Shown here: one piece after another, positions 42,071 to 52,011 of the stretch
Layout of the letters: the number at the start of each line of letters is the position of its first letter
Numbering within the stretch: the stretch's first letter is position 1
Origin: Spirochaetia bacterium
GTDB lineage: Bacteria; Spirochaetota; Spirochaetia; SZUA-6; Bin103
NCBI GenBank assembly: GCA_965199955.1
Contig: CBDATQ010000002.1
Coordinates: 1 to 64,000 of the forward strand
DNA length: 64,000 nt
Direction: 5' to 3'
The notes under the pieces: model-generated
Told to the model about the DNA's origin: nothing
What the model saw: only the letters and a program-made list of their open reading frames with translations
The model's database searches: none
Made by a program: the position numbers and the translations under genes

Positions 42071-43639
42071 TCAGGCCGCGGCGCCGACCCCGGCCATCAG
42101 CGGACCGATCGTCTGCTCGGTCGCGGCCGCGCCGGCCACTTCGCCGGCGATGGTGCCGTCGAACATCACCAGCACCCGGTCGCTGAGCGCGATGATCTCG
42201 TCCAGCTCGACCGAGACCAGCAGGATCGCCATGCCGCGGTCACGCAGGAGAATCAGACGCCGGTGGATGAACTCGATCGCGCCGATGTCGAGCCCGCGGG
42301 TGGGCTGGCCGATGAGCAGCACGTCGGGATCGCGGTCCAGCTCGCGGGCGACGATGATCTTCTGCTGGTTGCCGCCGGAGAAGGCGTCGGAGCGCAGCAG
42401 CGGATCGGGTGGGCGCACGTCGAATTCGTCCATCTGCCGCCGGGATGAGGCAACGATGTCCCGCCGATGCATGAGGATGGCGCCGTTGTAGGCGCGGTCG
42501 TCGTGGTAGCCGAGGATCGAGGACTCGTTGGCCGCGAAGGTGGCGACCAGCCCCATGCGCTGCCGGTCTTCCGGGACGTGGCCCAGGCCAGCGTGGCGGC
42601 TGCGGCGCGCGTCGGCGGCGTTGGCGGCATCGCACACCAGCCGGCCGTCGACCGTCACCGTGCCGGCGTCCGGCCGCTCGATCCCGGACAGCAGCGCCAT
42701 CAGCTCAGACTGACCGTTGCCTGCGACGCCGGCGATGCCGACGATCTCGCCGCGGCGTACGCTCAGGCTCACGTCCCGCACGCGGCGCACACCGGCGGCG
42801 TCGGTGTAGTCCAGGTGGTCGGCCGCCAGCATCACCTCGCCAGGGGTGGCAGGGCTCTTCTCTACCCGCAACAGCACCGTGCGGCCCACCATCAGCTCGG
42901 CCAGGTGCTCCTGAGAGGTGTCCGCGGTATCGACGTGGGCCACCACCTGGCCGGCGCGCATCACGGTCACGCGGTCGGTGGCGGCCATGATCTCGCGCAG
43001 CTTGTGGGTGATCAGGATCATGGTCCGGCCCTGTTCCCTGAGGGCGGTCAGGATCCGGAACAGCTCGTCGGCCTCCTGCGGCGTCAGCACCCCGGTCGGT
43101 TCGTCCAGGATCAGGGTCTCGGCGCCGCGGTACAGCGCCTTGAGAATTTCCACCCGCTGCTGGATGCCGACCGGCAGGTCGCCAACCGGGACATCGACGT
43201 CCACCTCCAGCCCGTATTCCGTCGCCAGGTGGGTCAGCGCGTCGCGTGCGCGTCGCATGCCGTTCTGCAGCCGCGCCGCGCCCTCGGCGCCCAGCAGGAC
43301 GTTCTCCAGCACCGTCAGGGGCTCCACCAGCATGAAATGCTGGTGGACCATGCCGATGCCGGCGGCTATCGCGTCGCGCGGGCTGGCGATGGCGACCGGC
43401 CGCCCGCCTACTTCAATGGCGCCGGAGTCGGCCCGGTAGAACCCGTAGAGAATGCTCATCAGGGTCGACTTGCCGGCGCCGTTCTCGCCGACGATGCCGT
43501 GGATGGACCCGGCCGCCACCTCCAGCGACACCTCACGGTTGGCCTGCACGGCGCCGAAGCGCTTGTTGATCCCCCGCAGTGCGATAGCCGGAGGTTTCTG
43601 TTGCGCCGGGCGTCGGTCGGATTGGCGCGTCAGCGCCAT
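42071..43639 (-). CDS. Nucleoside ABC ATP-binding protein with two nucleotide-binding domains
   Basis: GENGAGKST, MVHQHF, LDEPT, SGGNQQK and QPTRGLD motifs. Confidence 0.93.
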   Translation of the reverse strand: MALTRQSDRRPAQQKPPAIALRGINKRFGAVQANREVSLEVAAGSIHGIVGENGAGKSTLMSILYGFYRADSGAIEVGGRPVAIASPRDAIAAGIGMVHQHFMLVEPLTVLENVLLGAEGAARLQNGMRRARDALTHLATEYGLEVDVDVPVGDLPVGIQQRVEILKALYRGAETLILDEPTGVLTPQEADELFRILTALREQGRTMILITHKLREIMAATDRVTVMRAGQVVAHVDTADTSQEHLAELMVGRTVLLRVEKSPATPGEVMLAADHLDYTDAAGVRRVRDVSLSVRRGEIVGIAGVAGNGQSELMALLSGIERPDAGTVTVDGRLVCDAANAADARRSRHAGLGHVPEDRQRMGLVATFAANESSILGYHDDRAYNGAILMHRRDIVASSRRQMDEFDVRPPDPLLRSDAFSGGNQQKIIVARELDRDPDVLLIGQPTRGLDIGAIEFIHRRLILLRDRGMAILLVSVELDEIIALSDRVLVMFDGTIAGEVAGAAATEQTIGPLMAGVGAAA

Positions 43640-43712
43640 ATCCGACCGACGCCCGGCGGGAAGGTGGGCATGGGCCAAGAGCGGAGCCGCAGGCGACGGT
43701 CTTGGGGCGGCT

Positions 43713-44699
43713 CTACGGGCAGGAGTTGGTCGCCATGTAGTCGTGGATCTCCATCTCGCCGGCGACGATGGCGTCGCGCGCGGCCTCCACCCGCTCGGAC
43801 ATCTCGTCGCTGATCAGGGCCTGGTTGTGCTCGTCGAGCGCCCAGCCGACGCCGTCCTCTGCCAGCCCCAGGTTCCTGTAGCCGGGCTCCCAGGTGCCCT
43901 CCAGGGCGGTCTTGAACACGTCGTAGGCCGCGACGTCGACCCGCTTGAGCATCGAGGTCAGCACCGACCCCGGGTGCAGGTAGTTCTGGTTGGAGTCCAC
44001 GCCGATCGACAGCTTGCCGCCGTCCGCTGCGGCCTGCAGCACGCCCAGCCCGGTGGCGCCGGCCGCCGCGAACACCACGTCCGCGCCGCGGTCGAACTGC
44101 GACTTGGCAAGCTCCGCGCCCTTCACCGGATCGCTCCATGCCGCCGGCGTGGTGCCGGCCATGTTCTGGTAGACCTCGGCGTCCGGATTGACGTACCGGA
44201 CTCCGTGCACGTAGCCGCAGCCGAACCGGCGGATCAGCGGGATGTCCATGCCGCCCACGAAGCCGACCGTGCCGGTCTCGGACGCCATGGCGGCGATCAT
44301 GCCCACCAGGAACGAGCCTTCGTGCTCCTTGAACTCAATGGACTGCACGTTTGGCAGATCCACGACCATGTCGATGATGGCGAAGCTGGTGTCCGGGAAT
44401 TCGGCAGCCACCGCCTCCACGGCCGGCGCCTGGCTGAAGCCCACGGCGATGATTGGACTGTATTCGCGGCGGGCGAAGTTCCGGAACGCCTGCTCCCGCT
44501 GCGCCTCGTTGGTGATCTGGAACTCGGCGTAGGCGACGCCGGTCTCCTCCTTGAACCGCTCGGCGCCGTTGTAGACGCCCTCGTTGAACGACTTGTCGAA
44601 CTTGCTGCCGACGTCGTAGACGACGGCCGGCTTGATGTCGGCCATGACGGCGCCGGCGCACAACAGGCCGATCGCTGCCGCACAGAACATTCGTCGCAC
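43713..44699 (-). CDS. BMP-family (purine nucleoside) ABC substrate-binding protein
   Basis: DKSFNE, FKEHEGSFL.G, IGVDSNQ and TSMLKRVD motifs; SD GGAGG before GTG. Confidence 0.92.
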   Translation of the reverse strand: MRRMFCAAAIGLLCAGAVMADIKPAVVYDVGSKFDKSFNEGVYNGAERFKEETGVAYAEFQITNEAQREQAFRNFARREYSPIIAVGFSQAPAVEAVAAEFPDTSFAIIDMVVDLPNVQSIEFKEHEGSFLVGMIAAMASETGTVGFVGGMDIPLIRRFGCGYVHGVRYVNPDAEVYQNMAGTTPAAWSDPVKGAELAKSQFDRGADVVFAAAGATGLGVLQAAADGGKLSIGVDSNQNYLHPGSVLTSMLKRVDVAAYDVFKTALEGTWEPGYRNLGLAEDGVGWALDEHNQALISDEMSERVEAARDAIVAGEMEIHDYMATNSCP

Positions 44700-44861
44700 G
44701 ATGATGCCTCCGTATCGGTGGATGCGCGGACGCCGGGCGCCGCGCAGGTGTCCGCGCATGCTCGGCAAAACGGCCGAGTCGTGCAAGCCCGTACCACGGG
44801 CGCAACTTGACCAGGGCCTTGACCAACCCCGGATGATACATGTTGTCGTGACGACGATCCC

Positions 44862-45140
44862 ATGCCAACATACAGGCTTAGAACACAGGTGCAGCTCACG
44901 GAGGAGCAGCTTCGCCGACTGAAACGGCTGGCGGTGGATCGTGACGTGTCGGTGGCCGAGTTGGTGCGGAACGGGGTGGACAGCATCCTGGACTCAGCGG
45001 AACAGACCTCACAGTCGGACCGGGAGCGTCGTGCGCTCTCGGCATTGGGACGATTCCGCTCGGGACGATCCGACGTCTCCCGAGAGCACGACCGCTATCT
45101 GGCTGAAGCGTACGCGCAGCGCGGTCAGCGTGAGCGATGA
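44862..45140 (+). CDS. Ribbon-helix-helix (CopG/VapB-like) antitoxin
   Basis: RTQVQLTEEQ...LK.LA....SVAELVR.GVD and C-terminal SG..DVS.EHD.YL motifs. Confidence 0.8.
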   Translation: MPTYRLRTQVQLTEEQLRRLKRLAVDRDVSVAELVRNGVDSILDSAEQTSQSDRERRALSALGRFRSGRSDVSREHDRYLAEAYAQRGQRER

Positions 45141-45229
45141 GCGTCTTCCTCGGGCGCCTGGCGGTTCCGGAGCGCATGCTCGATGCCTCCCGCGAGGGCC
45201 GCGTGCAGCGCATCCGCCGGCTCATGTAG
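45137..45229 (+). pseudogene. Probable truncated PIN/VapC toxin remnant
   Basis: ATG overlaps the antitoxin stop (ATGA); begins MSVFL like PIN toxins (usually VF.DT) but loses similarity and stops after 30 aa. Confidence 0.45.
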
Positions 45230-45241
45230 CGTCCGGTTCGG

Positions 45242-46321
45242 CTACTCCGCCGGCACCTCGACCCGCCGGCCGGTGCGCGCCGACTCGTAGGCCGCATCGA
45301 CGATCAGTCCCACCCGCACCGCGGCCTCGCCCGGGATCGGCACGGGACCCTCGCCGCGCGTGGCGGCGATGAAGTCGCGCACGAGCCGCTCGCCGTACCT
45401 GCCCCCGTACGCGCGCGACTCGGCCGGCGTGAAGGTGAACGTGCGCTGCGGCGCGGCCGCGAACTCGGGCACGCCGCTCTCCAGGTGCAGCTCGGGCGGC
45501 CCGCGGTCGTTCCACCAGAGTCGCCCCTCGCGGCCGTTGACGCCGACGTGCTGGTCGTAGCCGGCGGGGTTGTAGAAGCCGCCGCCCGCGACGGCCAGCA
45601 CGTACGCGGCGTGCAGGGACGCCAGCGCGCCGGAGCGCAGGCGCATCGACAGGGTCGCGGTGTCCTCGACGTCGAAGCCGTCCTCGCCGCGCGTGGCGAC
45701 CTCCGCGGCCACCGATACGATCGGGTCGCAGGTGAGGAACGCCATGAGATCCAGGGAGTGGCAACCCAGCCAGGAGAGGATGCCGCCGCCGGCCTTGCCG
45801 CGGTCGAACAGCCAGTGATCGGGTCCGCGGAAGCGGACCTGCGTGGTGAGCATCCGGATCTCCAGCGAGAACAGCGCGCCCAACGCGCCGGCGTGCACCA
45901 GCCGGCGCGCCTCGGCGATCAGCGGGTTGTAGCGGTTGGTGTAGAAGACGGAGAGTTGCCGGTCCGCCCGCTCGGCGGCGGCCACCACGCGCCGCGCGTC
46001 GGCGGCGGTGCGGCCCAGCGGCTTCTCGGCCAGCAGGTGGTGGCCGGCCTCCAGGATGCCCGAGAACAGGTCCGGGTTGCGGTCGTTGCGCTCGGCCGCG
46101 ACCACGAAGGCCAGGTCGCGGCGGCCCAGGAGCTCCGTCAGGCTGCCGGCCTGCTCGACCGGCGTGTCGCGCACCTCGCCCCGCAGATCGTCCAGGGCCG
46201 AGGCGTCCTCGTCCCAGACCACGATGCGGGTGATCTCGGGCAGGCAGTCCAGGGTGCGGATGTGGCCCGCCGAGTGCGGATGGCGGAGCCCGATCAGGGC
46301 GGCGGTCAGTCTCTGTGTCAC
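45242..46321 (-). CDS. Gfo/Idh/MocA oxidoreductase
   Basis: EKP, GGGILSWLGCH..D and VED.A motifs; GTG overlaps the upstream TGA. Confidence 0.88.
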   Translation of the reverse strand: MTQRLTAALIGLRHPHSAGHIRTLDCLPEITRIVVWDEDASALDDLRGEVRDTPVEQAGSLTELLGRRDLAFVVAAERNDRNPDLFSGILEAGHHLLAEKPLGRTAADARRVVAAAERADRQLSVFYTNRYNPLIAEARRLVHAGALGALFSLEIRMLTTQVRFRGPDHWLFDRGKAGGGILSWLGCHSLDLMAFLTCDPIVSVAAEVATRGEDGFDVEDTATLSMRLRSGALASLHAAYVLAVAGGGFYNPAGYDQHVGVNGREGRLWWNDRGPPELHLESGVPEFAAAPQRTFTFTPAESRAYGGRYGERLVRDFIAATRGEGPVPIPGEAAVRVGLIVDAAYESARTGRRVEVPAE

Positions 46322-47784
46322 GGTGCCTCCAGGCGGCGTTCGCCCATGATCGTGTCGGCCGGATAGGCGCGGTAGCTGTTGCGGATCGTCGGGCTGCGCA
46401 GGTCGGCCTGCCACACGACGGCGCCGCCGGCGTCCGCCTCGACGATCACGCGCTGCGGGTCGGAGTCGTTGGTCTCGAAGTTGATCAGGGTGGTGCCGGA
46501 CGGCAGCCGGTAGGCGCTCGACCGCGACAGGGAGTACAGGTCCGGCGTGTGCCGGTATTCCCACACCTTCACCGCAATCAGGTCGTAGGTGTTGAGCGCC
46601 AGCTCCAGGGCGCGGGAATACTGGCCTCCCTCCTCCTCCGGCCGGTCGCGGCCGTTGTCGAACAGCAGGATGTTGCCGTTCGGGAGCTCGGCGGCGGTGT
46701 GCTGGAAGTAGAACCGGTCGGTCGGGTCGGCGAACTCGTAGCTCGACTCGGGCCCCCCGAGCCGCCACTCGATGCTCTTGAAGTCCGGAGCGATGGAGAT
46801 GATCTCGTTGCGCATGGAGAGCGACAGGATCAGGTTGCCGCGCACGCCGAAGGCCAGCGAGTTGACGTTCAGCCAGTTCTTGAGGTCCCCGGACCAGCGG
46901 ACGCGATTGTCCATGGACAGGTGGTCTCGGGCGTCCCACAGCTCCTCGGTTCTGTGCGTGGCCTGGTCCCACAGGCGCAGCGAGTCGACCAGGACGCGGG
47001 TCTCCGCAGCGCCGCCCTGCGCGGTGTCGTCGATGGTGACGATCTCGTGGGCGATGTAGAGTACCTGCTCGTCCGGCAGGATCGCCAGGTCGTGGTGGGC
47101 CCACTTGTCGATGTCGTTGTTGACCAGCCGCGTCACCACCCGCCCGAGCGGGTCGATCTCCCGCAGGCAGCAGTTCACGAAGCGGCCGGTGGGCCCGCCT
47201 TCCCAGTAGACGAGGTTGTGGTTGGGCTTCTGGCGCACGACCCTGATCGGCGTCGGCGGGTCGGCCACGACCGGCCGGTTGCGGTGGTACCAGACGATCC
47301 GGCCGCGGCTGTCCAGGAACAGGAAGAAGCTGTCGGGGTTGTCCTGCAGGTCGAGCAGCACCAGCTCCGCGGTGGACTCGCCGGTCACGTCGATCTGCAG
47401 GCGGGCCAGGGCCGGCGGCAGCGCGCGCGTGCGGAACGTGCCCTCCACGGCTGGTGAGCCCGCGGTTCCGTCGCCGGCGACCGGCACGACCGCGTAGGTG
47501 TACTCGGTATCGGGGAGCAGGCGCATCACCGGCACGGTGAACGTGCCGGCGGGTTCGGCCGTCGTCGCCGAGCGCAGCGTGCCGTCCGGGCCCGCGTACT
47601 CGACGTACACGCGCCCCGGCGCGTCGAGCTCCACGGCGATCTCTGCTATAAGGCTGTTGTCGGGGTGCAGGGCCGCGCTCGCCGATACGACGCGCGGCGG
47701 GTTGGAGTCCTCGGCGGAGGCGAGCAGGGCGGCCAGGACGAACGCGGCCGCGACGGCAAAGCGCACGGAAGGAGGCGTACTCAT
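46318..47784 (-). CDS. Secreted arylsulfotransferase (ASST)-like beta-propeller protein with Ig/FN3-like N-terminus
   Basis: Signal peptide; L.PDTEYTY; HHD, N.NS, WRLGG, QH, LFDNG, YSRA.E and VWEY motifs. Confidence 0.78.
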   Translation of the reverse strand: MSTPPSVRFAVAAAFVLAALLASAEDSNPPRVVSASAALHPDNSLIAEIAVELDAPGRVYVEYAGPDGTLRSATTAEPAGTFTVPVMRLLPDTEYTYAVVPVAGDGTAGSPAVEGTFRTRALPPALARLQIDVTGESTAELVLLDLQDNPDSFFLFLDSRGRIVWYHRNRPVVADPPTPIRVVRQKPNHNLVYWEGGPTGRFVNCCLREIDPLGRVVTRLVNNDIDKWAHHDLAILPDEQVLYIAHEIVTIDDTAQGGAAETRVLVDSLRLWDQATHRTEELWDARDHLSMDNRVRWSGDLKNWLNVNSLAFGVRGNLILSLSMRNEIISIAPDFKSIEWRLGGPESSYEFADPTDRFYFQHTAAELPNGNILLFDNGRDRPEEEGGQYSRALELALNTYDLIAVKVWEYRHTPDLYSLSRSSAYRLPSGTTLINFETNDSDPQRVIVEADAGGAVVWQADLRSPTIRNSYRAYPADTIMGERRLEAP

Positions 47785-48517
47785 GATCGAGAACCGGATC
47801 CTATGGCGTAAGGCGCGCGGCGAAAAGGCGCTGGGCGTATCGATGAACGAGCCCTCGGAGGAGGTGGTGGAGCTGGCCGGCCGCATGGGCCTGGACTTCG
47901 TCAACCTGGACGGACAGCACGCGCCGGTGACGCCGCAGCAGGTGGGCACGATCTGCCGCATCGCCGAAGGGTTCGGGATGACCACTGGCATGCGCATCCC
48001 GGACGGCGCGGAGTCGACCATCCTGTCCTACCTGGACCGCGGCGTGCAGCTCATCGTGGTCCCCAACCTGCAGACGCGGGCAGAGGCGGAGGCGCTGGTC
48101 AAGTACACGTTCTTCGCGCCGCTCGGACTGCGCAGCTCGACCAGCTACCCGATGGTGCTGCGCCAGGACGGCCCGGAGCGCATCTCGCTGTTCGAGGCCG
48201 CCAACCGCAACACGCTGCTGGTCCCGCAGCTCGAAAGCGTCACCTCGGTGGAGAACCTGGACGAGATCCTGCAGGTGGACGGCATCGACTTCTTCGCCGG
48301 CGGTCCCGAGGACATGGCGCAGTCGCTGGGCATCCCCGGCGGACACGCCGACCCGCGCGTGGCCGAGCAGTACGCACGGGCGGAGGCCAAGGTCAGGGCG
48401 GCCGGCAAGTTCATGCTCGGCGACCAAACCGAGTCGGTGCAGGTGCTCGGCGTCGTCAAGGGAGCGATCGAGGAGGCGCTCACCGGGCTGGGCCGATCCT
48501 CGACGCTACCATGGTAG
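47783..48517 (+). CDS. HpcH/HpaI aldolase family protein
   Basis: SD AAGGAGG at 47769-47775; GLDFV.LDGQH, LD.G...VP, P.G.RS, QLES and GP.D..SLG motifs. Confidence 0.88.
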   Translation: MIENRILWRKARGEKALGVSMNEPSEEVVELAGRMGLDFVNLDGQHAPVTPQQVGTICRIAEGFGMTTGMRIPDGAESTILSYLDRGVQLIVVPNLQTRAEAEALVKYTFFAPLGLRSSTSYPMVLRQDGPERISLFEAANRNTLLVPQLESVTSVENLDEILQVDGIDFFAGGPEDMAQSLGIPGGHADPRVAEQYARAEAKVRAAGKFMLGDQTESVQVLGVVKGAIEEALTGLGRSSTLPW

Positions 48518-48543
48518 CCGGCTCATGGTAGAGTGCGCAGTCC

Positions 48544-49704
48544 ATGGTGACGGCCACGTCCGGAGGCGTATCGGCGCAACCGGGTGAGTCCGCTACCGCG
48601 CGGGACGCGACCCCGGACGGCCCGCCGTACGTCGAGTTCGCCTCGATCGACAAGAGTTACGACGGGCGCACGCTGGTCGTCAGGGACCTGAACCTCAGCG
48701 TTCGCGAAGGGGAGTTCCTGACCCTGCTCGGGCCGTCCGGCTCGGGCAAGACCACCTGCCTGATGATGCTGGCCGGCTTCGAGACGCCGTCGGCCGGCAC
48801 CATCCGCATCGCCGGCCGCTCCGTGCACGACCTGCCGCCCCGGCAGCGCAACATCGGCGTCGTCTTCCAGAACTACGCGCTGTTCCCGCACTTCACGGTG
48901 GGACAGAACCTGTCCTTCCCTCTGGAGGTGCGCCGGCTCGATCCCGCCCAGCGCCGCGAGCGGGTTCAGCGGGCGCTGCGGCTGGTGCGGCTGGAGGGGT
49001 TCGAGGACCGGCGGCCCGACCAGCTCTCCGGGGGCCAGCAGCAGCGCGTCGCCATCGGCCGCGCGCTGGTGTTCGAGCCCAGCCTGGTGCTGATGGACGA
49101 GCCGCTCGGCGCCCTGGACCGCAGCCTGCGCGAGGAGATGCAGTACGAGATCCGGCGCATCCACCGCAGCCTCGGCGTCACGGTGGTGTACGTCATGCAC
49201 GACCAGCAGGAGGCGATGGTGATGTCCGACCGCATCGCCGTGTTCAATCGCGGCCGCATCGAGCAGGTGGCGACGCCGGAGATCCTCTACGAGGAGCCGG
49301 AGCGGCCGTTCGTGGCGCGCTTCATCGGCGGCAACAACCTGTTGCGCGGGCAGGTGACCGCCGTGGACGGCGACTACTGCCGGGTCGCGGTGGGCGATCA
49401 GGCGATCGCCGCCTTCCGGGTCGCGGAGTGCGCGGCCGGCGACGGCGTGACGCTGGCCATCCGCCCCGAACGGGTCGCCCTGGCGACCGGGTCGCACGAG
49501 TACAGCAACCAGTTCGAGGCGCGGGTCGAAGCGATCACCTTCCTGGGCGACCACCTGATCGTGCACGTGCGGGCCGGGGGGCGCACCGACTTCGCGCTCA
49601 AGATCCCGAACATCGTCGGACATGGCGCGATGCTGGAGGGTGATACGATCACCATCGGATGGGCGGCAGCCGACTGCCGGGCCCTCGACGTCGACGACGA
49701 GTAG
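48544..49704 (+). CDS. Polyamine-type ABC ATP-binding protein (PotA-like)
   Basis: GPSGSGKT, FQNYALFPH, LSGGQQQR and MDEPLGALD motifs; TOBE-like tail. Confidence 0.93.
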   Translation: MVTATSGGVSAQPGESATARDATPDGPPYVEFASIDKSYDGRTLVVRDLNLSVREGEFLTLLGPSGSGKTTCLMMLAGFETPSAGTIRIAGRSVHDLPPRQRNIGVVFQNYALFPHFTVGQNLSFPLEVRRLDPAQRRERVQRALRLVRLEGFEDRRPDQLSGGQQQRVAIGRALVFEPSLVLMDEPLGALDRSLREEMQYEIRRIHRSLGVTVVYVMHDQQEAMVMSDRIAVFNRGRIEQVATPEILYEEPERPFVARFIGGNNLLRGQVTAVDGDYCRVAVGDQAIAAFRVAECAAGDGVTLAIRPERVALATGSHEYSNQFEARVEAITFLGDHLIVHVRAGGRTDFALKIPNIVGHGAMLEGDTITIGWAAADCRALDVDDE

Positions 49705-49715
49705 GAGGAAGAAAC

Positions 49716-50798
49716 ATGAAGATGACCAGGCTTGCGGTGACGGTGACGCTGGCCGCACTGGTGGGGAGCCTGTCGGCCGCCGCCGAGGAGATGACCATGG
49801 TGTCCTGGGGCGGAGCGTACGGCCGGGCGACGCAGAAAGCGTTGCTCGATCCGTTCGGCGACGACACCGGCTACGCCATGCGCATGGAGGACTTCAACGG
49901 CGGCCTCGCCGAGATCCGCGCCCAGGTGGAGACCGGCAACGTGCACTGGGACGTCGTGGACCTGGAAGCCGCGGACGCGGTGCGCGGCTGCGACGAGGGG
50001 CTGCTGGAGGTGCTCGCGCCCGAGGATCTGTTCCCGGGACAGGATGCGGATGCCGCGGTGCAGGACTTCCTTCCCGGCATGATCTCCGAGTGCGGCGTCG
50101 GACTGATTGTGTACTCGACGATCTACGCCTACCGCACGGACCTGCTCACCGGCGAGAAGCCGTCCACCATGGCCGACTTCTTCGACCTGGAGAGGTTCCC
50201 CGGCCGCCGAGGCATGCGGCGCTCGCCGTACGGCACCATGGAGTTCGCGCTGGTGGCCGACGGCGTGCCCGCCGACCAGGTGTACGAGACGCTGAGCACG
50301 CCCGAGGGCGTGGACCGGGCGTTCCGGAAGCTGGACTCGATCAAGGAGCACGTGGTGTGGTGGGAGGCCGGCGCGCAGCCGCCGCAGATGGCCGACGGCG
50401 AGGTGGTGATGAGCACCGCCTACAACGGCCGCATCTTCGACGCCCAGGTGGCCGAGAAGCAGCCGTTCGGGATCGTCTGGGACGGCCAGGTGCTGGACCA
50501 TTCGCAGCTTGCCATCGTGGCCGGGGCGCCCAACCTGGAGACGGCATTGGAGTTCCTGGCGTTCACGGCCAGGCCGGAGTCGATGGCGGCGGTGAGCGGC
50601 TTCATCTCCTACAGCCCGACCCGGCACTCGGCGCTGCCGCTGGTCGGCAGCACCCACGTCGAGACCGGCGTGGAGATGGGGCCGCACATGCCGGTCACGC
50701 CTGCGCGCCTGGAGCGCTCGGTGTTCAACGACTGGGCGTGGTGGGCGGACTACGGCGACGAGATCAACGACCGCTTCGGAGCGTGGCTGGCACGCTGA
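49716..50798 (+). CDS. Polyamine-type ABC substrate-binding protein
   Basis: Signal peptide; SWGGAY, WDVVD, FPGRR and EFALVADGV motifs; SD AGGAGG. Confidence 0.9.
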   Translation: MKMTRLAVTVTLAALVGSLSAAAEEMTMVSWGGAYGRATQKALLDPFGDDTGYAMRMEDFNGGLAEIRAQVETGNVHWDVVDLEAADAVRGCDEGLLEVLAPEDLFPGQDADAAVQDFLPGMISECGVGLIVYSTIYAYRTDLLTGEKPSTMADFFDLERFPGRRGMRRSPYGTMEFALVADGVPADQVYETLSTPEGVDRAFRKLDSIKEHVVWWEAGAQPPQMADGEVVMSTAYNGRIFDAQVAEKQPFGIVWDGQVLDHSQLAIVAGAPNLETALEFLAFTARPESMAAVSGFISYSPTRHSALPLVGSTHVETGVEMGPHMPVTPARLERSVFNDWAWWADYGDEINDRFGAWLAR

Positions 50799-50815
50799 GC
50801 CGGCCCCGGCAGCGC

Positions 50816-52009
50816 ATGCCCGGACGGGGCGGCGCCCGCCTCCGCGCCGCGCTCCTGGTGCTGCCGCTGGCGGGGTTCGTCGGCGTGGCGTTCCTGGCGC
50901 CGCTGGGGACGATGCTGGTGCGCAGCGTCCACGATCCCGTGGTCGCCGATGCGGTGCCGGATACCCTGGTGCTGCTGCGCGACTGGGACGGCGGCGATGC
51001 CCCCCAGGATGAGGTGTTTGCCGCTGCCGCCCGCGAGCTGCTGGTTGCGCGGGAAGAGCGGACGCTCGGCCAGATCGCCACCCGCGTCAACCGCGTGGAG
51101 GCCGGCTTGCGGAGCGTCTTCACTCGCAGCATGCGCCGGCTGCAGAACGTGGAGACCGATGACTGGCGCACCGCCATGGTGGAGGCCGACCCGGCCTGGG
51201 GCGAGGCGCGCACGTGGCGGGCACTGCAGCGCGCGGGCGAGCGCTGGACGGTCCGCCACTACCTGAATGCCGTCGACCGGGACCGCGGCCCCGACGGCCG
51301 CATCGTCCGCCGGCCGGAGGAGCAGCGGATCTACGTGCAGCTCTTCGGCCGGACCTTCCTGGTCAGCCTGGCGGTCACGGCGCTGTGCCTGCTGCTCGGC
51401 TACCCGCTGGCCTACGGCATTGCGCACGCGCCGCCGCGCCGCGCCGCGCTGCTCCTGGTCGGCGTGCTGCTGCCGTTCTGGACGTCGCTGCTGGTGCGGA
51501 CCACGTCGTGGATCGTGCTGCTGCAGTCGCAGGGGGTGATCAACGACGTGCTGGTGGCGCTGGGCGTGATCGGTGACGAGCAGCGGCTGGCAATGATCTA
51601 CAACATGGCCGGCACCCTGGTCGCGATGACCCACGTGCTGCTGCCGTTCATGGTGCTGCCGCTGTACTCGGTCATGCGCACCATCCGGCCGGAGTACCTG
51701 CGCGCCGCCGCGTCCCTGGGCGCGGGGCCGGTGCAGGCGTTCGTCCGCGTCTATTTGCCGCAGTCCCTGCCCGGAGTGGGCGCCGGGACGCTGCTGGTGT
51801 TCATCGTCGCGCTCGGCTACTACATCACGCCGGCCCTGGTCGGGGGCCGCACTGGCCAGCTCATCTCCAACCTGATCGCCTACCACATGCAGGAGTCGCT
51901 CAATTGGGGTCTGGCAGCGGCGCTCGGCGGCATCCTGCTGACGTGTGTGCTGATCTTCTACGTGATCTACGACCGGGTGGTGGGCATCAACCGCCTGCGG
52001 CTGAGCTGA
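50816..52009 (+). CDS. Polyamine-type ABC permease (PotB-like)
   Basis: LPFWTSLLVR, LPFMVLPLY, AAASLGA and GYYITPALVGG motifs. Confidence 0.9.
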   Translation: MPGRGGARLRAALLVLPLAGFVGVAFLAPLGTMLVRSVHDPVVADAVPDTLVLLRDWDGGDAPQDEVFAAAARELLVAREERTLGQIATRVNRVEAGLRSVFTRSMRRLQNVETDDWRTAMVEADPAWGEARTWRALQRAGERWTVRHYLNAVDRDRGPDGRIVRRPEEQRIYVQLFGRTFLVSLAVTALCLLLGYPLAYGIAHAPPRRAALLLVGVLLPFWTSLLVRTTSWIVLLQSQGVINDVLVALGVIGDEQRLAMIYNMAGTLVAMTHVLLPFMVLPLYSVMRTIRPEYLRAAASLGAGPVQAFVRVYLPQSLPGVGAGTLLVFIVALGYYITPALVGGRTGQLISNLIAYHMQESLNWGLAAALGGILLTCVLIFYVIYDRVVGINRLRLS

Positions 52010-52011
52010 CC

